A DNA stretch of 35,205 bases, from positions 1 to 35,205 of the forward strand of contig CALQZZ010000001.1 of NCBI GenBank assembly GCA_943350065.1, read 5' to 3'. This document shows, piece after piece, positions 1-6,115 of the stretch; positions within the stretch are counted from its first letter, which is position 1, and each line of letters starts with the position of its first letter. Under the pieces are notes generated by a model, which was given only the letters and a program-made list of their open reading frames with translations, made no database searches and was not told the DNA's origin. The DNA comes from Candidatus Nomurabacteria bacterium (GTDB taxonomy: Bacteria > Patescibacteriota > Minisyncoccia > Phycocordibacterales > UBA9973). The translations under genes and the position numbers were made by a program.

Positions 1-720
1 ATCTTTATAATTAAGATAATTTTTAAAATCAACCTCAATTTTTTTAAGGTAAATTTTAAAATTATTTGCTATAGCAACAGGTGATGGGATTGTATCCCAA
101 TTTTCATTATTATCATTTTCGCCATTTAGAATTTTAATATAATTAAAACTAAAAACAGCTAAATTAAATCCCTTTAATGCTTCAATTTGTTCTAAAAAAC
201 CACTTTTTAATAATTTCTTTACTTCTTCGTTGCTCAAAGTGAATTCTTTTATTTTATAGTTTAAATTTTCGTAAGGGCCTGAATTTACAGCCAACCAGAT
301 TAAAAAAATAAAATATACAACACAAATTAAAAAACCTAAAATTGGCATTCCTGTAATTTCTCCTTCAAAAGGGAAATATATTGGAAAAAAGTGGTAAACA
401 GTTAATCCAGAGAAAAATACTCCGATCAAGAATAATACCCAACCTTCAAAAGTACCAAATGTATCTAATTTTGAATTTAATCTGTTTATTCCTTCAATAT
501 CAAATTGATTACTAGTTTCTTGTTTTTTATACAATTCAAGAAATTTAGCTTCAGTTTTTACAAAACGAATAAAAGAATACGCTAATGCAAGGAGGACTAT
601 TATAAAAGCAGAGGAGTAAATAAAGTTATATTCTTTAGCCAAGTCAAACTTGAAAGAAATAAAGATTAAACAAGAAAGTAGAAGAAAATAAATTGATCTT
701 TTAATAATTAATTTTTTCAT
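1..720 (-). CDS. hypothetical multi-pass membrane protein (3' end beyond window edge)
   Basis: Absent from the ORF track because it has no stop inside the window. Reverse-strand ATG at 718-720 (MKKLIIKRSIYFLLLSCLIF...) stays open for all 240 codons down to position 1 (checked by hand). Hydrophobic helices include GWVLFLIGVFFSGLTVY and ILGFLICVVYFIFLIWLAV. Confidence 0.55.
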   Translation of the reverse strand, partial: MKKLIIKRSIYFLLLSCLIFISFKFDLAKEYNFIYSSAFIIVLLALAYSFIRFVKTEAKFLELYKKQETSNQFDIEGINRLNSKLDTFGTFEGWVLFLIGVFFSGLTVYHFFPIYFPFEGEITGMPILGFLICVVYFIFLIWLAVNSGPYENLNYKIKEFTLSNEEVKKLLKSGFLEQIEALKGFNLAVFSFNYIKILNGENDNNENWDTIPSPVAIANNFKIYLKKIEVDFKNYLNYKD

Positions 721-867
721 TTTTTTATTAAGTTTTGGAGAACTTTTCAGCTCTGTAGTTTATATATCTACTAATAGGCTAACATACATAATTACAACTT
801 GTCAAGTATTAAATAGACAAAGAAAGAATGCTGGATTGGATTAGAAAATAAAATAAAAACCCACAGA

Positions 868-1362
868 CTAAGTCCATGGGTTGTTTGGGTCAAAATGTTT
901 TTGATTAAATTCGATAATCCTTTCACGTGAGATTTTTTTCTTTTCAAGAACTATTATTAGTTTAAATCTCAAAACAAACTCTGTAATTATTCTAGTAAAT
1001 GCAGCTATCATAAAAACAACAAAATCAAATATTTGAAATTTGTTTAAATCATAGAAACTTTTTCCACTTAAATACAATGCGACAAATGACCAGATGATTA
1101 AGGCTAGAAAAATTAATGCGGATACAAACCTAAAAACATTACTAGTTACCATATCACTATCTTTAAGTATAGAAAACAATTCAACTAAAAATGATGTACA
1201 AGATGCCATCACTGTTAAAAATAAAAACCAAAATATTGCCTCAGAAAAAGGACCAGTATTAAAGTACTCAGTTAGATTTACTGATAAGGAAAATGTTGAT
1301 GTTATCATCAATATAAACGAAAAAATTGATGAAATTAGGCGAAATGATTTTAAAGTCTTCAT
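868..1362 (-). CDS. hypothetical membrane protein (164 aa, about 4-5 TM helices)
   Basis: ORF track entry with strongly hydrophobic segments throughout. Same strand as its neighbours and shares the upstream 11-mer AAACTTAATAA with them. No recognisable family. Confidence 0.55.
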   Translation of the reverse strand: MKTLKSFRLISSIFSFILMITSTFSLSVNLTEYFNTGPFSEAIFWFLFLTVMASCTSFLVELFSILKDSDMVTSNVFRFVSALIFLALIIWSFVALYLSGKSFYDLNKFQIFDFVVFMIAAFTRIITEFVLRFKLIIVLEKKKISRERIIEFNQKHFDPNNPWT

Positions 1363-1436
1363 TTTATTAAGTTTTAACGAACTATCGTTCTGTTTATTCT
1401 TTTCTGAATTTACAACATATTTGTAATTTTTGCAAA

Positions 1437-1466
1437 TAAAAAAGAGCCTTTTGGCTCTTTTGTTTT
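1437..1466 (-). terminator. rho-independent terminator after 1465..1824
   Basis: AAAGAGCC-TTTT-GGCTCTTT, with a T-run on the minus strand. Confidence 0.8.
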
Positions 1467-1824
1467 AGTCATCAGAATCAATAATGATTATTTCTGAAAC
1501 TTCATTCACCGTCCTTAATGTGCATTGTACACGTGCATCACTATAAAAACTTTTACAAACCTGTGCTAAATCCGTCTGCAGTCTTCTTTTTATGTCTACA
1601 GTCCTTTCTTTTTTATCAAACAGGCAGTCGACATGTATAATAATTTCATCCTTTTCATCTGTAAATCTTGTCATAGCCTCCAATGGAAAATGGACTATTA
1701 TATCGTTGCGATGCAATTTTAATTCTGAAATTTTTTCAACAGCCTTAAGTAAGGCTTCTTTTAAATCAATTAAGCTGACTTCTGTCGTATGTTTAACTAA
1801 ACGAACTACGCTAATTTCTGGCAT
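1465..1824 (-). CDS. hypothetical protein, possible tautomerase-superfamily fold (Met-Pro start, two beta-alpha-beta halves)
   Basis: ORF track, 119 aa starting MPEISVV. The pattern strand-helix-strand occurs twice (EISVVRLV..LKEALLKAVEKISEL..IIVHFPLE; EIIIHVDC..IKRRLQTDLAQVCKSF..VQCTLRTV). Followed by a rho-independent terminator. The functional call is weak. Confidence 0.5.
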   Translation of the reverse strand: MPEISVVRLVKHTTEVSLIDLKEALLKAVEKISELKLHRNDIIVHFPLEAMTRFTDEKDEIIIHVDCLFDKKERTVDIKRRLQTDLAQVCKSFYSDARVQCTLRTVNEVSEIIIIDSDD

Positions 1825-1920
1825 AATATAATTATTAAGTTTCTTTCTGTCTTAAAGATATCACAATAATCATAAAAATCAAATCGGGTGTTCTGTGTTT
1901 ATATTTATCAAAAATTTTAG

Positions 1921-1926
1921 TATACT
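1921..1926 (+). promoter_or_regulatory. -10 box TATACT, 6 nt before the TrmB-1 ATG (leaderless)
   Basis: TAGTATACT-taaagt-ATG. No Shine-Dalgarno. Confidence 0.5.
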
Positions 1927-1932
1927 TAAAGT

Positions 1933-2682
1933 ATGATAGAAAAATTTCTCAAAGATATTGGTTTGTCAGAAAAAGAAGCTAGTGTGTATCTCGCATTACT
2001 CGCTGTAGAGTCGAGTAATGTTTCTGAACTCGCAACAAAGACTGGTATCAAACGCACGACAGTGTATCCAGTACTAGATGTGCTTATAAAAAAAGGACTC
2101 GTCAACGAAATGAAAAATGGTACGAAAGTAGAATATCAAGCAGAACAGCCAGAGCGACTTGAGACATACATCGAAGCTGAACGTATTAAATTAAATGAAC
2201 AACACAATTTATTAAAAGAAGTTATTCCTAGACTAAAAAGTATTTCTCGTGATACAGGTGAAAGACCAATTATCAAATACTACGAAGGAAGAGAAGGAAT
2301 TTTGGAATCTATAAAAGAATACTTGCACGACGCTAAGGAAAATGGAGAAATGTATTTAGTCTATCCAAAAGATTTACTTGATGAAACTTTTACAGAGACT
2401 GAAATGAAAACTGCAAAAAGCGATCGTTTGTCTAAAAAAATAACTACTCATTCTATTTACACATCTTCAAATGGAGAATTACTAAAAGATGAAAATTCAG
2501 ATCGTATACATTTAACTAATTCAAAAGACTATCCAATATTATGTGATTTAGCGGTAAAAGATGATCGTGTTCGAATACACACACTTGGTAAAAAGCTCTC
2601 TGCTATATACATAAAAAATAATGATTTAGCTGAAACATTACGCACCCTTATTAAACTGGCAATGAAAGGTTTACGTGAATAA
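1933..2682 (+). CDS. TrmB-family transcriptional regulator
   Basis: N-terminal winged-HTH typical of TrmB: LGLSEKEASVYLALLAVESSNVSELATKTGIKRTTVYPVLDVLIKKGLV. Length 249 aa, terminator follows. Confidence 0.85.
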   Translation: MIEKFLKDIGLSEKEASVYLALLAVESSNVSELATKTGIKRTTVYPVLDVLIKKGLVNEMKNGTKVEYQAEQPERLETYIEAERIKLNEQHNLLKEVIPRLKSISRDTGERPIIKYYEGREGILESIKEYLHDAKENGEMYLVYPKDLLDETFTETEMKTAKSDRLSKKITTHSIYTSSNGELLKDENSDRIHLTNSKDYPILCDLAVKDDRVRIHTLGKKLSAIYIKNNDLAETLRTLIKLAMKGLRE

Positions 2683-2698
2683 GATTTAAATAATAAAA

Positions 2699-2737
2699 GG
2701 CCTGAAACATTGCGTTCAGACCTTTTCTTTTTTTTGA
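2699..2737 (+). terminator. rho-independent terminator after TrmB-1
   Basis: GGCCTGAAAC-ATTGC-GTTCAGACC, then TTTTCTTTTTTTT. Confidence 0.8.
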
Positions 2738-2866
2738 GATTGCAACACGGCTTTGATTTCAATGTAATATACAAAGTAATCAATTTTTGTTGAGTTTGGA
2801 AAAAATTTCCATTTTTGCGTTTAAGTACTTAAACCAATAACTTTTATACGAAAGAGTCCTAAAAGG

Positions 2867-2901
2867 AGATAGGGGATGGAATCTGATTCCTGCCCCTATC
2901 T
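2867..2901. other. 35-nt near-perfect nested palindrome in an orphan intergenic region
   Basis: AGATAGGGG-AT-GGAAT-CTG-ATTCC-TG-CCCCTATCT: 9-bp outer stem plus 5-bp inner stem. Confidence 0.7.
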
Positions 2902-3070
2902 GTTTAGTTAGCGATCGCCCATAGTTACAAAGTTTTAAGGTTAGACACAAGAAACTAGATTTTGCTTTTGCTTGGTCTTACCCAAAGCATTTACAATCGA
3001 TAAGACATTTTTCTTTTTAAAAGCAACTTGTCTTCCTTTCTTAACTTACCGTTTTTCGCGGTTGCAACTT

Positions 3071-3110
3071 CGATGATTAACAGTCATTCATCGTTTTTAT
3101 TGTTTTTTTA
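3071..3110 (+). terminator. possible terminator inside the orphan intergenic region
   Basis: CGATGA-N11-TCATCG, then TTTTTATTGTTTTTTT. No annotated gene upstream, so it may end an sRNA. Confidence 0.4.
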
Positions 3111-3306
3111 ATTAACACTATACTGAACCCTAAGTATAGCAAATAGAAAAGATTTGTCAAGCGTCACTGACATGTATTAAATATTTAATATGAAATGACG
3201 TCAACTTTTTTGTTAAAATGTTAAGTGTAAAAAACAAATCTATATTTAAAATATGATTATTTTATAAGGTTATAATATAATTATAAAAAAGAAATGTTAA
3301 AAAGAC

Positions 3307-3335
3307 TTGACAAATAGATTCGAATCTGATAGACT
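3307..3335 (+). promoter_or_regulatory. sigma70-type promoter TTGACA-N17-TAGACT facing cassette unit A
   Basis: TTGACA at 3307-3312, 17-nt spacer, TAGACT at 3330-3335. Confidence 0.55.
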
Positions 3336-3459
3336 ATCCTCAGAGCCTTGATAAAGAAGTTTTACAAAGATATAGACGACATCGCGCACTCACTAATTTA
3401 AATACAGTGGAGCTAGCCCGAAAATGTTTATATTTTGCAAGTTTTCCTAAAAATTATGT

Positions 3460-3512
3460 TTTTAGGGGCTTGAAGAGTGGTTTCAAACAGACTATTCTTC
3501 TAACCTCTAAAA
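3460..3512 (+). promoter_or_regulatory. conserved 5' leader stem-loop, copy A (candidate cis-regulatory RNA)
   Basis: TTTTAGGGGCTTGAAGAGTGGTTTCAAACAGACTATTCTTCTAACCTCTAAAA. Outer stem UUUUAGGGG/CCUCUAAAA, inner hairpin TTGAA-N7-TTCAA. Lies 11 nt before ATG 3524. Confidence 0.55.
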
Positions 3513-3523
3513 CCACAAAGAAT

Positions 3524-3688
3524 ATGAAAGCTAAAAAAACGTTAACATTGGAAGAAATAGCTAATGCTTTACTCGCAAAGAGTGGCTTTGGCTCAGATGG
3601 AACTCCTAAAAAGAGAAAATCTAGAGCACAAAGCTTCTTCGAAAGAAGAACGATTATTAGTACACCGATGGGAAACGGTATAAGGTAG
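3524..3688 (+). CDS. small basic ORF (54 aa) inside cassette unit A; coding status uncertain
   Basis: In-frame ATG within track ORF 3407..3688 (MKAKKTLTLEEIANALL...), 11 nt downstream of the conserved leader stem-loop. Lys/Arg-rich, no homology recognised. Confidence 0.25.
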   Translation: MKAKKTLTLEEIANALLAKSGFGSDGTPKKRKSRAQSFFERRTIISTPMGNGIR

Positions 3689-3689
3689 T

Positions 3690-4095
3690 GTTCTTTATAA
3701 AATATTTACCGGTAAGGGATAACATGATTGGTCGACCAGCAAGGCATTGCTACCACTAATCTGTTAATCCTAAATGAGGTATGATCACCTCGTTCTATGT
3801 TGACGGCCGAGTGAGGCCATCCATATGAACAAAAAGATTCAAGTTTTTGTACTACTTAACCTTTATTGGCTAACCTTTTGTGACAACTTCAGAAGTTTGA
3901 TCAACTGTATGTTACCCGAGACCGGAGGATTAAGGAACTTGTATGAATGGGGAGAGCTCCTTCATTTGTAGAATTACTACGCAGGGGCGCTTGCCGTGTG
4001 AACAAGTACAGAGAGTGAATCCTTAGTGGTCATCAATGATGGCACACGAAGGATTCACTTCTTTATCAAAATCTTGAACATTGTTCGAGATTTTG
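3690..4095 (+). ncRNA. candidate structured non-coding RNA / 3' UTR element of unit A (family unknown)
   Basis: About 400 nt with no ORF of 60 aa or more on either strand despite being visibly GC-richer than the flanks. Many local helices: AGCAA-GGCA-TTGCT, GAGGT-ATGATC-ACCTC, GGCC-GAGTGA-GGCC, and the 10-bp GTGAATCCTT/AAGGATTCAC (4015-4058). Ends in a 12-bp hairpin at 4068-4094. Confidence 0.4.
4068..4094 (+). terminator. 12-bp hairpin closing cassette unit A
   Basis: AAAATCTTGAAC-ATT-GTTCGAGATTTT (one G-U pair). Confidence 0.5.
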
Positions 4096-4126
4096 TAGAG
4101 AATTGTTCTTTTTAAAACAAAATTAC

Positions 4127-4178
4127 ATTTAGGGGTTTGAAAAGTATTTCAAATGGAATATTTTTCTAACCCTTAAAT
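4127..4178 (+). promoter_or_regulatory. conserved 5' leader stem-loop, copy B
   Basis: ATTTAGGGGTTTGAAAAGTATTTCAAATGGAATATTTTTCTAACCCTTAAAT. Same architecture, with the outer-stem G-U wobble in a different position and inner hairpin TTTGAAA-N4-TTTCAAA. Lies 9 nt before ATG 4188. Confidence 0.55.
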
Positions 4179-4187
4179 TCTATAATT

Positions 4188-4460
4188 ATGAAAAAAATAA
4201 TGTGTATTGCGGTAATGGCTTTAGTATTTACTTCTTGTTCAAGAAATCAACATTTACGTTTTAAAAACGGAGTAGTTATTTCTGAAAATAGAGGGAGTGT
4301 CGATGTGTCGGTGTCAGTCGATACTAGTTTTGACGGTGTTGCTGATATAGAAGCTACAGTTATGGGTTTCAATAACACCAACAAAGACTACAAAAGGAAC
4401 GACACTGTATCAGTCGATGTGCGAACAAAGACTTCATACGCGGAGCCGGTGCTACATTGA
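4188..4460 (+). CDS. putative small lipoprotein (90 aa) inside cassette unit B
   Basis: Signal peptide with a lipobox-like end, MKKIMCIAVMALVFTSC. Lies 9 nt downstream of the second copy of the leader stem-loop. One of only two ORFs here ending in TGA. Confidence 0.4.
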   Translation: MKKIMCIAVMALVFTSCSRNQHLRFKNGVVISENRGSVDVSVSVDTSFDGVADIEATVMGFNNTNKDYKRNDTVSVDVRTKTSYAEPVLH

Positions 4461-4795
4461 GAAAGTGCACAAAGCAGACCATTGCTTAAGACTTATGATT
4501 AAGATCATAGGAATTTAAATGGCTTGGGAGACAGAAATGATAATCACTCTTCCAAAACGCCTAACAATCGTAGGTAAAAACGTCCTGAAAATGGGGACGT
4601 TAGTTAAAAATCCTGGGCGCACAGGTAAAGGAGTCAGGGGTGTACACTTTGGCGCGAGAGAAAACTCGTATAAAAATCATCGCAAGGGAAGTAATCCGCA
4701 GTGGTCTTCTCAAGAGGGAATCTAAGAATGCTGGTATCAGCAAACTGAAGATTTCCTTCTTTATTAAGATTTTAAGTAATACTTGAAATTTTATA
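4461..4795 (+). ncRNA. candidate structured non-coding RNA / 3' UTR element of unit B (3' end homologous to unit A)
   Basis: The only ORF here is an implausible 68-aa one (4519..4725). Helices AGCA-GACCAT-TGCT, TATGAT-TAAG-ATCATA, AACGTCC-N9-GGACGTT and GGAATCT/AGATTTCC (4717-4756) enclosing GCTG-GTAT-CAGC. Ends in a 12-bp hairpin at 4766-4792. Confidence 0.4.
4766..4792 (+). terminator. 12-bp hairpin closing cassette unit B
   Basis: AAGATTTTAAGT-AAT-ACTTGAAATTTT (two G-U pairs). Same geometry as 4068-4094 with different stem sequence. Confidence 0.5.
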
Positions 4796-4839
4796 GAGAT
4801 AATAAATTTGTTCCTTAACTTAAAAAAATAAATAGAGAA

Positions 4840-5199
4840 ATGAAAAAAGAAACTAAAGAAAATGAAATGGTATTTCCAAACAAAGAAGTTAAAAATCTTT
4901 GGACAAATATTTATAAAGAAATAAAAAAAGCAGTCGATGAATCTGCTGACGTACCTACTCCATTAGAAAAAAGAGTACGGGAAGTTTTAAAAAAACATTT
5001 AGGAACTGAATTAATACGAACTGATGCAGGATATCAAAAATTCTTTAAGGATGCCCTACGATTTGCAATTAATATGGACACCGACAAAATACTTTATCGT
5101 ATAGAAGTAGGTCGTAATCACTATGGATCAAACAATCACTCTAAAGGCAAAATCACTGGTGAATTTATGCCCGAAGACAAAAAAGAAGAAGAGTATTAA
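4840..5199 (+). CDS. hypothetical protein (119 aa)
   Basis: ORF track entry, charged soluble protein, followed by a hairpin terminator shared with convergent xth. Confidence 0.55.
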   Translation: MKKETKENEMVFPNKEVKNLWTNIYKEIKKAVDESADVPTPLEKRVREVLKKHLGTELIRTDAGYQKFFKDALRFAINMDTDKILYRIEVGRNHYGSNNHSKGKITGEFMPEDKKEEEY

Positions 5200-5204
5200 C
5201 CACT

Positions 5205-5241
5205 AAACCCGAGCACTATGTGACTCGGGATTTTAATTTTT
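5205..5241. terminator. bidirectional terminator between 4840..5199 and xth
   Basis: CCCGAG-N10-CTCGGG, then ATTTTAATTTTT. Confidence 0.65.
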
Positions 5242-6016
5242 ACTTTAAATCCAAGAAAATAGGGCAGTGGTCAGAACCCATATAGTCGCTAATCATACCA
5301 GTAGATTTTACTTTTGGAATTAATTTTTCATCAATAAAAAAATAATCTATACGCCAGCCGACGTTGCGAGTACGTGATGCAGTCTTCTGATCCCAGTATG
5401 TATACATGTCTTTTTTATTTGGATTCAAATGTCTATAGATATCTATAAATTTATTTTTTATAACTTTAGTAATCCACGCACGTTCGATAGGCAGGAAGCC
5501 AGTATTTTCTTCGTTAGCTTTTGGGCGAGCGAGGTCGACGGCTTCATGCGCAGTATTGATGTCTCCACAGAAAATAACGTTCTCACCATTCTTGCGAAGC
5601 TTTAAAATAAATTTCAAAAAAGCATCGTAAAATTCGAGTTTGTATTCGAGACGATGCGGACCCGAGCCACCGTTCGGATAGTAGCCACATATAATAGTGT
5701 AATCTTTAAACTTCGCACCCACTATTCTACCTTCATCATCAAACTTTTTTATGCCCATACCGTAAAAAATTTCTTTCGGTTTTAATTCACTCTTTATATA
5801 CACGCCGACACCACTATAACCCTTTCTTAATTTTGAATAAGAAAAATAACTTTCGTAACCTTTTATATTTCGCACATCATTAGGGAGCTGGTCTGGCTCG
5901 ACTTTTGTTTCCTGTAAACACAAAATATCAGGCTTATATTTTTTAAACAAGGGAGTAAAAAAGCCTTGCTTAGCTGTCGCTCGTAAACCATTTGTATTCC
6001 AAGAAATAATTTTCAT
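5240..6016 (-). CDS. xth: exodeoxyribonuclease III (AP endonuclease, EEP family)
   Basis: MKIISWNTNGLRA, CLQETK, GDINTAH and SDHCP motifs; 258 aa, typical Xth length. Confidence 0.9.
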   Translation of the reverse strand: MKIISWNTNGLRATAKQGFFTPLFKKYKPDILCLQETKVEPDQLPNDVRNIKGYESYFSYSKLRKGYSGVGVYIKSELKPKEIFYGMGIKKFDDEGRIVGAKFKDYTIICGYYPNGGSGPHRLEYKLEFYDAFLKFILKLRKNGENVIFCGDINTAHEAVDLARPKANEENTGFLPIERAWITKVIKNKFIDIYRHLNPNKKDMYTYWDQKTASRTRNVGWRIDYFFIDEKLIPKVKSTGMISDYMGSDHCPIFLDLK

Positions 6017-6022
6017 CTAAAC

Positions 6023-6031
6023 ATAATAACA
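6023..6031 (-). promoter_or_regulatory. extended -10 TGtTATTAT, 6 nt before the xth ATG (leaderless)
   Basis: Minus-strand reading: TGTTATTAT-gtttag-ATG. Confidence 0.55.
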
Positions 6032-6039
6032 TAAATTTA

Positions 6040-6114
6040 CCCCACCCCAACGCTAAGCATTTACCCCTCCCCATTTTCTGCAAAAAAATGGGGAGGGGTT
6101 AGGGGAGGGGTAAT
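6040..6114. repeat. GC-rich nested-palindrome repeat (one full unit on the minus strand plus a truncated partner)
   Basis: 11-bp hairpin ACCCCTCCCCA-N15-TGGGGAGGGGT (6063-6099), flanked by TAGGGGAGGGGTAA and CCCCACCCCAAC. Fills the xth/xerC spacer. Confidence 0.85.
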
Positions 6115-6115
6115 C

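Noticed and set aside
2911-2918. GCGATCGC (HIP1-type highly iterated palindrome of cyanobacteria)
   Set aside because: It is a single occurrence in 35 kb, so it is not iterated here.
3407-3523. Upstream extension of the unit A ORF (track start GTG 3407)
   Set aside because: The extension would translate straight through the conserved leader stem-loop. The internal ATG at 3524 sits at the same distance from the motif as the ATG of unit B.
3690-4095. Known housekeeping RNAs (RNase P RNA, tmRNA, SRP/4.5S RNA, tRNA) or a hammerhead ribozyme in the ORF-free segments
   Set aside because: I could not find the diagnostic strings: GAGGAAAGTCC for RNase P, a tRNA-like GGTTCGAATCC T-arm or a tag ORF for tmRNA, the GGAA-capped SRP domain IV, or the CUGANGA...GAAA core. 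This is an eye check only, and a covariance-model scan is still required.
4519-4725. 68-aa ORF MAWETEMIITLPKRL... inside unit B
   Set aside because: It has no promoter or start context and an Arg/Gly/Lys-rich composition unlike its neighbours. It overlaps several stable hairpins. I treat it as noncoding structured sequence, though this is unproven.
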